DNA of 64,000 nucleotides from assembly GCA_963752345.1 (NCBI GenBank), contig CAVVYA010000002.1, forward strand, positions 62,046 to 126,045, given 5' to 3'. A program made the translations under genes and the position numbers. Shown here one piece after another: positions 20,375 to 29,283 of this stretch (position 1 is its first letter; each line of letters begins with the position of its first letter). The DNA is from an uncultured Alphaproteobacteria bacterium. GTDB taxonomy: Bacteria; Pseudomonadota; Alphaproteobacteria; SMXQ01. The notes under the pieces were generated by a model that worked only from the letters and a program-made list of their open reading frames with translations, was not told the origin of the DNA and ran no database searches.

Positions 20375-20836
20375 ATGCCCCTGCCGCCCCGCACGCGCGC
20401 CTACGATGTTCCCGCCGTCCTCGATGTGCTGAACGAGATCCTCAAGATGGAACTCGCGACCGTGGTCTATTACACCCACTATTCCTTCATGGTGTATGGC
20501 CATGCGCGCATTCCGGTGATCGATTGGATGCGTGGGCAGGCGACCGAATCGCTGACCCACGCGCAAGGCGCCGGCGACATGATCCTGCGGCTCGAGGGGC
20601 GGCCCGACATGGGCATCGCGCCGCTGCCGTCGACCCATCACAACACGATCGACGAGATCCTGCAGGAAGCGGTGGTGCGCGAGAACGAGGGCGTCGAGCT
20701 CTATCGCAAGCTGCACGCGCTGATCAAGGACAAGTCGATCGTGCTGGAGGAATACGCCAGCCGCATGGTCGCCGCCGAATCGATGCATGTCAGCGAGATG
20801 CGCATGATGCTGCGCCGCTCGGCGCCGCAGAACTGA
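20375..20836 (+). CDS. Ferritin-like diiron protein (bacterioferritin family, without the heme-ligating Met)
   Basis: AGGAG RBS. Glu/His ligand pattern (ELATVVYY, ESLTHA, ENEGVELY, AESMHVSEM) aligns with Bfr ferroxidase-centre residues. Confidence 0.65.
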   Translation: MPLPPRTRAYDVPAVLDVLNEILKMELATVVYYTHYSFMVYGHARIPVIDWMRGQATESLTHAQGAGDMILRLEGRPDMGIAPLPSTHHNTIDEILQEAVVRENEGVELYRKLHALIKDKSIVLEEYASRMVAAESMHVSEMRMMLRRSAPQN

Positions 20837-20923
20837 CGGCCTTCCGTCATCGCCCGGCTCGTGCGTCAGCACGCATGCGCATGACGCCGGGCCGTCTTTC
20901 ACAGAGCAACGCACCGATCACCA

Positions 20924-21011
20924 TCGTCATGCCCCGGCTTGTCCGGGGCATCCACGACTTTGTCGGAGGCGAAAAGAACGTGGATGGCCCGACCAGGTCG
21001 GGCCATGACGA
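20924..21011. repeat. Second copy of the compound REP-like palindromic element (tcgtcatg-hairpin-catccacg ... cgtggatg-hairpin-catgacga)
   Basis: Outer 8-mers are complementary to each other. Inner hairpins are gccccggcttgtccggggc and ggcccgaccaggtcgggcc. Same family as 18859-18952. Confidence 0.7.
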
Positions 21012-21049
21012 TTAGAAACACACCGCCCGAGGGTATTCGGGTGCGTCGC

Positions 21050-22510
21050 TCACACGAACTCCGGCGTTTCCTGGATGTAATGCTTGGCGAGTTCGGCGCG
21101 CCATTTTTCCATGGTGGCGCGGTTGAGCTCGACCGGCGGCTTCTGGTGCGGCGGCAGCAGCGGCTTGTATTGCGTATCGGCGATCTCTTCCTGGAACACG
21201 CGCTTGGCTTCGGCGACCACCGCCGGGTTCTTCAGGCATTCGACGACCGAGCCCGCGAGCACCTTGGCGCCGGCCACGGCGCCCTTGTGGGCGATCGAGG
21301 TGGCGAGCGCCACGCCGGCCGCCCAGTGATGGGCGTTCACGTTCGGGATGTTGGCCGGATAGTAGAACTTCACCATCGGCACCTTCCATGAGACATCGCC
21401 GGAGTCGTTGGCGGACGGCTTCTGGTCGCCGCCCTTGACCGGCGGAATCGCCGTGCGCAGGCCCTCGACCTTCACCTTGGCCTTGGCCTGCAGCGTGCGC
21501 GCGAGATCGTTCTCTTGCGGGCTCCATTCGGGCGAGCCGACCAGCTCGATGTTGCGCTGGACCAGCTCGGCCAGCGTGCGGTTGCCGCGCACCGGCCAGA
21601 CCGCGCTCATCACGTCGACCTCGACACTGGTGTTGGTCATCATCGCCGCGCCCTCGGCGATCTTCTTCGCCTGGTCGAACAGCTTGCCGGCGAGCTCGGC
21701 GCTCGAGGCGCGGAAATACCACCACACGGACGCGCGGCGCGGGATGACGTTCGGCTGGTCGCCGCCATGGGTGATGACGCGCTGCGCCAGCATGGTCGGC
21801 ATGAAATGCTCGCGGTACTGCGCCATGCCCATGTCCATCAGCACCACGCCGTCGAGCGCGTCGCGGCCTTTCCACGGCGCGACGCCGGCATGCGCCAACT
21901 CGCCATGAAAGGTGAAGGTGGCGGAGATCAGCGCCGACTGGGTCAGGCCGTAGCCGACCTTGAACTCGGCGGCGATGTGATCGTGGAAGGCGATGTCGAC
22001 GTCGTCGAAATAGCCGTCGCGCACGAAATAGGGCCGGCTGATCACCTGCTCCTCGGCCGGCGCGCCGAATACCTTCAGCGTGCCCTGGAAGCCGAACTTG
22101 TCCATCGCGGCTTTGGCGGCGAGCGCGCCGCCGACCAGCACGGCGGCATTGACGTTATGGCCCTCGCAATGGCCCGGCGCGCCGTCGACGATGTGTTTTT
22201 GTTCCGCGACCCCGGCGGCCTGGGAATTGTCCGGGTTGGCGTCGAATTCGGTGTGCAGCGCGATCACCGGCGAGCCCGACCCGTAGGTCGCGCAGAAGCC
22301 GGTCGGAAAGCCGGCGATGCCGCGCTCGACGGAGAAGCCGGCCTTCTCCAGGATGCCCGTCAGCAGCTTGGCGGTCTCGAACTCCTGCATGCCGAGCTCG
22401 GCGAAATGGAAGATGCTGTCGCCGACCAGGCCGATGGCCTTGCCGTTGCGCGCCACATGATCGAAAACGAACTGCTTCTCGGGAGCGAGATTGCCGGTGG
22501 TGTTGTTCAT
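21050..22510 (-). CDS. M20D-family amidohydrolase (AbgB / aminobenzoyl-glutamate utilisation protein B-like)
   Basis: Start MNNTTGNLAPEKQ at 22508-22510. Family-wide similarity (FHFAELGMQE...GHCEGHNVN...). The upstream in-frame extension is R/P/S-rich and rejected. Confidence 0.75.
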   Translation of the reverse strand: MNNTTGNLAPEKQFVFDHVARNGKAIGLVGDSIFHFAELGMQEFETAKLLTGILEKAGFSVERGIAGFPTGFCATYGSGSPVIALHTEFDANPDNSQAAGVAEQKHIVDGAPGHCEGHNVNAAVLVGGALAAKAAMDKFGFQGTLKVFGAPAEEQVISRPYFVRDGYFDDVDIAFHDHIAAEFKVGYGLTQSALISATFTFHGELAHAGVAPWKGRDALDGVVLMDMGMAQYREHFMPTMLAQRVITHGGDQPNVIPRRASVWWYFRASSAELAGKLFDQAKKIAEGAAMMTNTSVEVDVMSAVWPVRGNRTLAELVQRNIELVGSPEWSPQENDLARTLQAKAKVKVEGLRTAIPPVKGGDQKPSANDSGDVSWKVPMVKFYYPANIPNVNAHHWAAGVALATSIAHKGAVAGAKVLAGSVVECLKNPAVVAEAKRVFQEEIADTQYKPLLPPHQKPPVELNRATMEKWRAELAKHYIQETPEFV

Positions 22511-22529
22511 CAGGCTTTGACCTTGTTCA

Positions 22530-23771
22530 TCAGACTTTGATTTTGGTTTTTTCGGCGATGCGGTTGGCCTGAGTGGCGGCGCCGACCGGGCGCACCAGGC
22601 TTGCCGCGCGCTTGGCGTTGGCGCGCGCGGTTCCCGTGTCGGCGGCGCGCGCGAGGGCCACGCCCATGCGGCGCTTGCGGAAGCTCTCCGGCTTGCCGAA
22701 CAGCCGCACGTCGGAATTCGGCACGGCGAGCGCCTCGGCGAGACCCTCGAACACGATGGCCTTCTCGTCGAGTCCGCCATAGATCACGGCACTGGCCGCC
22801 GGCGTGGCGAGCTCGGTCGAGACGGGAAGGCCGAGGATGGCGCGCGCATGCAGCTCGAATTCATTCTGCGTCTGGCTCGCCATCGTCACCATGCCGGTGT
22901 CGTGGGGCCGCGGGCTGACCTCGCTGAACCACACCTCGTCGCCCTTGACGAACAGCTCGACGCCGAAGATGCCGCGGCCGCCGAGCGCCGTGGTGACCTT
23001 CTCGGCGATCTCCTTGGCCTTGGCGAGCGCTCCCTGGGTCATCGGCTGGGGCTGCCAGGATTCGACATAGTCGCCATCGACCTGGACATGGCCGATCGGT
23101 GCGCAGAACGATGTGACGATCTCGCCTTCGGCATTGCGCGAGCGCACGGTGAGCAGCGTGATCTCGAAATCGAAATCGATGAAGCCCTCGACGATGACGC
23201 GCGGCTGGGCGACGCGGCCGCCCTTCAGGGCATAGGTCCAGGCATCGTCGATGGCGCTTTCCGTTTTCACCGTGCTCTGGCCCTTGCCGGATGACGACAT
23301 CACCGGCTTGATCAGACAGGGCAGGCCGATCTTGCGGATGGCCGCCTTCACTTCATCCGCCGATCCGGCGAAGGCATAGGGCGAGGTCTTGAGGCCGAGC
23401 TCCTCGGCGGCGAGCCGGCGGATGCCCTCGCGGTTCATGGTGAGCTGGGCGGCGCGCGCGGTCGGGATAACCTCGGCCAGCCCTTCGCGCTCGATGGCGG
23501 CCAGCGCGTCGGTGGCGATGGCCTCGATCTCCGGCACCACGAGCTGCGGCCTTTCCCGCTCGATCAGCGCGCGCAGCGCCTTGCCGTCGGTCATGTCGAT
23601 GACGTGGGCGCGATGCGCCACCTGATGGCCCGGCGCATCGGCATAGCGGTCGACGGCGATGACCTCGACGCCGTAGCGCTGCAAGGCGATGATGACTTCC
23701 TTGCCGAGCTCGCCCGATCCCAGCAGCATGACGCGGGTGGCGAGGGGGCTGAGCGGCGTGCCGATACGCAT
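22530..23771 (-). CDS. purT: Formate-dependent phosphoribosylglycinamide formyltransferase (PurT)
   Basis: [16 protein letters not shown]...[10 protein letters not shown] closely matches PurT. 413 aa with an ATP-grasp fold. Confidence 0.9.
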   Translation of the reverse strand: MRIGTPLSPLATRVMLLGSGELGKEVIIALQRYGVEVIAVDRYADAPGHQVAHRAHVIDMTDGKALRALIERERPQLVVPEIEAIATDALAAIEREGLAEVIPTARAAQLTMNREGIRRLAAEELGLKTSPYAFAGSADEVKAAIRKIGLPCLIKPVMSSSGKGQSTVKTESAIDDAWTYALKGGRVAQPRVIVEGFIDFDFEITLLTVRSRNAEGEIVTSFCAPIGHVQVDGDYVESWQPQPMTQGALAKAKEIAEKVTTALGGRGIFGVELFVKGDEVWFSEVSPRPHDTGMVTMASQTQNEFELHARAILGLPVSTELATPAASAVIYGGLDEKAIVFEGLAEALAVPNSDVRLFGKPESFRKRRMGVALARAADTGTARANAKRAASLVRPVGAATQANRIAEKTKIKV

Positions 23772-23886
23772 GGGAAACGATCTTTCTACCTGGTGGGACG
23801 GTCGCCGCCCTAGAATTGCCCGGCGCGCCGCCCGAACTCAACACGAAAGCGAGCGGCCGATGATATGCCACGTGCTAAGTCGCGTC

Positions 23887-23924
23887 TCACCCCCACCCCG
23901 ACCCTCCCCCGTCGAGGGGGAGGG
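23887..23924. repeat. tcacccccaccccgac + CCCTCCCCC-GTCGA-GGGGGAGGG hairpin repeat
   Basis: 9-bp perfect inverted repeat with the conserved C-rich leader. Family member. Confidence 0.6.
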
Positions 23925-24006
23925 ACTAATGACCGCCGGGCGAACCTTGCCTCCGTTTGACGCGAGAGAAATGCATCGCAGCTTGCGGCGAAGGCGGTGT
24001 GCGGTT

Positions 24007-24042
24007 CACCCCCACCCCGACCCTCCCCATCGAGGGGGAGGG
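24007..24042. repeat. tcacccccaccccgac + CCCTCCCC-ATCGA-GGGGGAGGG hairpin repeat
   Basis: Near-identical to the element at 23887-23924. Confidence 0.6.
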
Positions 24043-24120
24043 AGTGACTGGGGGAGGGAGGGAGTGGCTGTGGAGGGGATCGAGTAACGGTGGAGGGGAG
24101 GGAGTGACTGCGGAGGGGGA
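24032..24120. repeat. G-rich imperfect tandem repeats (unit ~GGAGGGGAGGGAGTGACTG), potential G-quadruplex on the + strand
   Basis: At least seven GGG(G) runs. The unit recurs at 24032-24050 and 24092-24110, with degenerate copies between them. Confidence 0.5.
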
Positions 24121-24150
24121 AGGAAGTAGCGCGGAATCAAATTTACTGTT

Positions 24151-24171
24151 CCTCCCCCCTTGTGGGGGAGG
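24151..24171. repeat. Hairpin repeat CCTCCCCC-CTTGT-GGGGGAGG
   Basis: 8-bp perfect inverted repeat of the same family. Confidence 0.55.
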
Positions 24172-24265
24172 TTAGGTGGGGGGTGCTGTTAGGCCTCCTG
24201 TGGGAGAGTTGCGGCAAGACGAATCGATGCCGGCGCTGGCCGGTGCGGAAAGACGCGAAGGGACA

Positions 24266-25335
24266 ATGACGGCAAGCGATATTCTCACCACCGATCGGCT
24301 GCTCGACCATATTTCCACCGCGCCCGCCATCGCCGGGCAGCCCGTCAAGCTCTTCGTGCGCGAAAAAGTCCGCGCCGATATCCGGGAGGCGGGCGATCGG
24401 ATCGTGCTCATGGTGCATGGCGGCTTCTGGCCATCCGACCTGGCGTTCGATTTTCCCCACGAGGATTACAGTTGGATGGACGCCCTGGCGCGGCAGGGCT
24501 GGGATGTGTTTGCCATGGACATGACCGGCTACGGCCGGTCGAGCCGTCCGCTGATGGACGACCCGCGCAATCTCGACCCGGCCCAGCAGCCGTTGCTGGT
24601 GCCACACGTGCTCGCCGCGCCGGCCGCGCCGCGCAATCCGGTCCAACTCGTGACCAGCGACAGCGAATCCGACGACATCGACCGCGTCGTGGATTTCATC
24701 CGGCGTTTACGCGGCGTCGATCGAATTTGCCTGCTCGGCTGGTCGGGCGGCGGCTGCCGCGTCGGCAGCTACACGGCGCGCCATCCGGAGAAGGTGGCGA
24801 AGCTCGTCATCTATGCCTCGTCCAATTATGCGCGCGACGGCGAGAGCAAGCCGCCCCGCCGGCTTCCCGCGCCTGGCTTTCCGATGATCCTGCAAACCAA
24901 GCGCGGCATGGACGAAGAGCGCTGGGGCCCGGCGATCACCTGCGAGCGCCAAGTGGCGCCGGGCATTCAGGATCTGCTTGGCGGCTTTGCATGGCGTCCG
25001 ATCCGGTCAGCGCCGTCTGGGGCGGCTTGCGCGGACCGACGCGCAGCTATTGGGGCTGGAACGGGGCGACCGCCGGCGCCCTGAAGCCAGCCGGCGCTGG
25101 TTCTGATCGGCGCCAACGACGGCTGCTGCCGGCGAACCGCGACCTGTTCGACGACCTCGGGTCCGATCGCAAGGCGCTGGTCGAAATCGCCTGCGCCTCG
25201 CATTTTGCTCAATGGGAAATGCAGCGCAGCCTGCTGCACCGGCTGTCGTTCGATTGGTTGGAGCAAGGCACCGTCAATGGAGAGACCAGCGGCCGGTTTA
25301 ATGCCGACCCGTCGGGATTGCTCAGCCGCCGCTGA
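24266..25335 (+). CDS. Alpha/beta-hydrolase fold protein (esterase/lipase-like, GWSGGG nucleophile elbow); C-terminal third disrupted by at least 2-3 frameshifts in this sequence
   Basis: AAGGGA RBS, then MTASDILTT. VLMVHGG and LLGWSGGG motifs in the first frame (to ~24990). The catalytic His region LVEIACASHFAQWE and the C-terminus are in ORF 24472..25335. A PALVLIGANDG strand appears in a third frame around 25091-25123. Confidence 0.55.
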
Positions 25336-25519
25336 GCTGGGCTGCGGTGCTGCTCATCAATTTCACACGGCCGAGAATGGCGTAACGTGTTGATAATTAT
25401 TGAGATGTTCATTACGGCGAGGCGGCGTCAGGGTAACGGCGGCGAAATTTACGGTATATAGTGAGCAACTACGAGGCTTGAACGTTAGATTCTGACGTCA
25501 GCACAGGGGATTCTCTGGA

Positions 25520-26944
25520 ATGTCGAGCAACGTCATACCGTTAAGCCCACTTGGGTACTTCGACGATCCTTCCCGGATTCTGGAAGCACCGCCGCGCCTG
25601 ATCGAGATGCTACCCCTGGCGATCTACGCCTGTGGCGTGGACGGCCGTATCCGTTGGTTCAATACGCGCGCCACCGACCTGTGGGGCCGCACGCCCCGTC
25701 TTGAAGACGGCGAGATGTTTTGCGGCGCGGACAAAATAATCGACACCAATGGACGGCATGTCCGGCACGACCAACTTCCGATCGTGCAGGTGCTGAAAAC
25801 CGGCAACCGAGTGGATGGCAGCAAAGCCGTCATCGAGCGGCCGGACGGATCGCGCGTCACCGTGATGGTCCACATCGACGCGATCCGGGATGCCGACGGC
25901 CAGATTATCGGCGCGATCAACTGCTTTCATGACGTGACCGAGCTGAAACGCGCCGAGCAAGCCTTGCAGGAGCGCGAACGGTGGTTTCACGATCTGCTCG
26001 AGGCGTTGCCGGCGGCCATTTACACGACCGATGCGGACGGGCGCATCACATTTTACAATCAGGCCGCCATCGACCTGTCGGGCCGCCGTCCGGAGCTTGG
26101 CAGCGACGAGTGGTGCGTGACCTGGAAACTTTACCGGCCGGACGGCACGCCGCTGCCCCACGATCAATGTCCGATGGCGGTGGCCTTGAAGGAAGACCGC
26201 GTAATCCGTGGTCCGGAAGCGATCGCGGAACGGCCGGACGGCACGCGCCTGTCGTTCGCGCCCTACCCGACGCCGCTGCATGACGGCAGCGGGAAGCTGG
26301 TGGGCGCGGTTAACATGCTGGTGGACATCACGGCGCGGAAACAGGCCGAACAGCGTATGGAGCTGCTGGCGCGTGAGGTCGACCACCGCTCCAAGAACAT
26401 GCTGGCGGTGATCCAGGCCATGGTGCGCTTCACCCAGGCCGATACCCCGAAGGATTTCGCCGCCACCATACTCGGACGTATCTCCGCGTTGGCCAATGCG
26501 CACACGCTGCTGTCCGAGAGCCGCTGGGAAGGCGCCGACCTGAAGCGCTTGGCGGAAGAAGAGGTGGCTGCCTATCGCACCGATAGCGAGACGCGCGTGC
26601 GGATCGACGGCCCTACGGTCGCCCTCGTGCCGAACGTCGCCCAATCCCTCGCGATCGTGCTGCACGAGCTGACGACCAATGCCGTCAAGCACGGCGCTCT
26701 CGCTCACCCTGATGGCCAGGTTTCCGTCACCTGGTCGCAGGTTGAGAATGGCGCTCTCCGCTTGTGCTGGACCGAGACGGGCCCCGCCCGCCTCCGACAG
26801 ACCCCGCGCCGGGATGGATTCGGCATGAGCGTCATCAAACGGACAATCGAGGATCAACTCGACGGCGCTGTGGCATTGGACTGGGCCGATAGCGGCCTCG
26901 TCTGCAATATCCAGATTCCCGCGGCGACCATGGCCCGCGGGTAA
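25520..26944 (+). CDS. Cytoplasmic sensor histidine kinase, two PAS domains plus HWE-family kinase core
   Basis: Two PAS-like segments. H-box (VDHRSKNMLAVIQAM), N-box (HELTTNAVKHGA) and the HWE-type W..E motif (CWTETGPA). No TM helices. Confidence 0.85.
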   Translation: MSSNVIPLSPLGYFDDPSRILEAPPRLIEMLPLAIYACGVDGRIRWFNTRATDLWGRTPRLEDGEMFCGADKIIDTNGRHVRHDQLPIVQVLKTGNRVDGSKAVIERPDGSRVTVMVHIDAIRDADGQIIGAINCFHDVTELKRAEQALQERERWFHDLLEALPAAIYTTDADGRITFYNQAAIDLSGRRPELGSDEWCVTWKLYRPDGTPLPHDQCPMAVALKEDRVIRGPEAIAERPDGTRLSFAPYPTPLHDGSGKLVGAVNMLVDITARKQAEQRMELLAREVDHRSKNMLAVIQAMVRFTQADTPKDFAATILGRISALANAHTLLSESRWEGADLKRLAEEEVAAYRTDSETRVRIDGPTVALVPNVAQSLAIVLHELTTNAVKHGALAHPDGQVSVTWSQVENGALRLCWTETGPARLRQTPRRDGFGMSVIKRTIEDQLDGAVALDWADSGLVCNIQIPAATMARG

Positions 26945-26987
26945 GCGCGTCCCGCGCCTTACACGCCGTATTCTGTCGGAGTCGAGA

Positions 26988-27305
26988 CTAACCTCTGGCG
27001 CGTTCGCCGTTACGCAACGGTACGATGTTGCCGACTTCTCCTTTGATGATCTCGGCAATCGATTCGTCGCGGGCGATATTTTCGGGCGGGCAGTCGTCGA
27101 TGACGAAATCGGCGAGCGACGGCCGCGATTGACCCGACTCGCGCAGCCAGGCTTCGAACGGCGGCTTGCCCATCAGATCCTCGATGGCCTCTTGGTAGTT
27201 GCCGCCCCGGCCGACGGGACTCGCGGCATAACTGACAAAGGTGGGACCCGTCGCGACCCACTGATCGCCGTCGCGAGACAAGCGGTAACAGCCCGGGTTT
27301 TCCAT
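26988..27305 (-). CDS. Hypothetical protein (105 aa), convergent with the HWE kinase
   Basis: GGAGGT RBS 7 nt before the ATG at 27303-27305 (MENPGCYRLSRDGDQWVATG...). High GC3. No family recognised. Confidence 0.5.
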   Translation of the reverse strand: MENPGCYRLSRDGDQWVATGPTFVSYAASPVGRGGNYQEAIEDLMGKPPFEAWLRESGQSRPSLADFVIDDCPPENIARDESIAEIIKGEVGNIVPLRNGERARG

Positions 27306-27448
27306 CTGCATACCTCCACGGATGGCGGGCGGCGCAAATCCGAGATCGCGCATCCCGCGCGCGCAATTCATGTCTGCCGTCTGTTAAACGCTCGATCCGT
27401 CCGGGAGGTTGCACAACCGGATCGCTATCCGCGAGGACCGACGCTGGC

Positions 27449-27486
27449 AAAAAAAGCAAACACCGGGCGACGCGAATCGCCCGGTG
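27449..27486 (-). terminator. Rho-independent terminator (minus strand) downstream of 27536..27901
   Basis: 10-bp perfect stem (caccgggcga / tcgcccggtg) with a 6-nt loop. It is followed on the minus strand by TTTGCTTTTTTT. Confidence 0.7.
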
Positions 27487-27535
27487 CGCTGAGCGGAAGA
27501 CCCGACGATTGGTTGGGCTTCCTTACGCGTGAGTG

Positions 27536-27901
27536 TTAGTCGTTTTGGCCGCGCGGCACGTCCCCGCCACCGCCAGGGCTCTGCCCCGGAATTGTCTGGG
27601 ACTTGCGGCTCGAAGGATCGGAGGGCACCGTGCCGCTGCCGGCTGTGCCCGGCGCGGTGCGGACGGTGCTGCCCGAATCCGGAACGGCACCTTGCTGCAT
27701 ATGACGGTCATACTCCGCCTGAATGCGGGCGCGTTCTTCCGGTGTCTTCGCCGCCCGCAGGCGATTCTGATAATCCTGATCGAGCTGGCTGCGGTTTTGC
27801 ATTTGGGCCTGCGCCAGTTGCTGCGGGCTATCGGCGATCGCCGCGCTCGACACGCCGAGGAAAAGTGAACCGGCGATGAGGGCTGTTGCCTTTAACATCA
27901 A
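27536..27901 (-). CDS. Secreted small protein, Gln-rich helical region and Gly/Pro/Ser-rich tail
   Basis: Signal peptide MMLKATALIAGSLFLGVSSAAIA-DS, then a Q-rich region (QQLAQAQMQNRSQLDQDYQNRL...). A terminator lies downstream. Confidence 0.6.
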   Translation of the reverse strand: MMLKATALIAGSLFLGVSSAAIADSPQQLAQAQMQNRSQLDQDYQNRLRAAKTPEERARIQAEYDRHMQQGAVPDSGSTVRTAPGTAGSGTVPSDPSSRKSQTIPGQSPGGGGDVPRGQND

Positions 27902-28184
27902 TCAATCTCCTTCTGTGGGTGTGCTTTCCGTCAGCACTCACCCAATCCAATGGTTGCCCGCTCCAATTGTTCCTGGAACAACGCCGCGTTTCTCGGGAAC
28001 CCGCGGAAATGTCTAGGGAACGGGTGAAAAAAAATTGCGTCGCTCGCGATGGCTGCGCGGTGAATCTTGGCAAAAATGCGGCGGCGGGATTGATTATCAT
28101 TGCGTGGCGACTAAGACGGACGTCCCGCGCAATAGGTGGATGCAACGACGCGGCGAACGTCAGCAGTGGCCGGCGGCGCGTGCA

Positions 28185-28592
28185 TCACGGATAGAGTTCG
28201 AGCGCTCCCGCAGACCGATCCAAAGGCTGACCGGCGATCAGGGCTCGCGCGGTGGCAATCGCCTGGACCAGCTCGGCATCGTTGAACGGCTTGCTGAGGC
28301 AGCCGAGGGCACCGGCCTGCAGACCGACTCGCCGGCAATCGGTCGGGTTGCCCGACACGAAGATGACTGGCACCCCGTACATCTCCAACAAGTGACGCGC
28401 GGCGATCGCGCCGGAGGCCGTATTGGCGAGGTTGAGATCGACCAGCGCGAGGTCCGGCCGCTGGGCGGCGGCAATGGCGAGAGCGGTCGCCACGTCACGC
28501 GCGATCCCCACCACGCTGTGGCCGGTGTCGGTCAGAATGGCATCGATTTCCAAAGCGATGATCGCTTCGTCTTCGACGATCAGAATACGCAT
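28185..28592 (-). CDS. Single-domain response regulator (receiver only)
   Basis: MRILIVEDE...DLALVDLNL...SKPF receiver motifs, with phospho-Asp in LVDLNL. The GTG at 28607 is also possible as the start. Confidence 0.75.
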   Translation of the reverse strand: MRILIVEDEAIIALEIDAILTDTGHSVVGIARDVATALAIAAAQRPDLALVDLNLANTASGAIAARHLLEMYGVPVIFVSGNPTDCRRVGLQAGALGCLSKPFNDAELVQAIATARALIAGQPLDRSAGALELYP

Positions 28593-29283
28593 TTTACAGT
28601 GTCCCACGATTGCGAGCAGGGCTGCCCCATCCGCCGCCTAGTAAATGGTGGCCGGCCAACTTGGTTCCATTTGGCCGCTCCGTGCGGATACGAGCGTGGC
28701 GCTTCCCGCGCGGCAAAGATGCGACAGCGCAAGGGCTTAGGTAGGATCGCCCGAAACGCGCCTCGTGCGGCAGCGTGTCCACGCTTCGGACGAGAATCAC
28801 GATTCGGGATCGCTGGCGGGGCGGGCGCTCCGCCACGTTGCCGGCCAGTCCGCCGTTGCTGGTATTCCAGCGCAGGCGCGCGACATGGCGAGGGCCGTTG
28901 AAATCGGTTCTGTCCCAGGACGGGAAGCCGGTTCCAAGCATGCCACTGGCAAAGACCGCTCGGGCGCTCTGCGAAGAGTTCGAAAATCCTCTCCGCGCGC
29001 GCAGTCATCACGCGCCAGGTTCGGGTAGGAAGCCGCGCACTGGCGTCCGCCGACTTTCTTTTGCCCGAGCCGTGAGGAGCTGTTGAGTGGGCCCAGTGGA
29101 CAGTCTCGTCTGCGCTGGGCGCGTGTCCACGCCCTGCGGCGGCGCGCGCCGGTGCCCGCTCTGACGATGACGATATTTCGCTTTGCGGGCCGGGTGCCCG
29201 CGTGCTGCAATGCGCGTCAATAACGCGGCCGCACCCGCTCGGGAGGCGGTGATCGAGCCGCGGGGCAAATGGGGGAGACGAAC

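Noticed and set aside
18700-24200. Possible CRISPR array, considered because of the clustered short repeats
   Set aside because: The repeats are palindromic hairpins of two families with irregular spacing and no unique spacers of uniform length. No cas genes are present. They are REP-like elements, not CRISPR.
27940-28030. Three GGAAC motifs suggesting an EcfG (general stress sigma) promoter GGAAC-N16/17-CGTT near the response regulator and secreted-protein genes
   Set aside because: No correctly spaced CGTT on the strand and orientation of the downstream genes. No phyR, nepR or ecfG genes are in the window.
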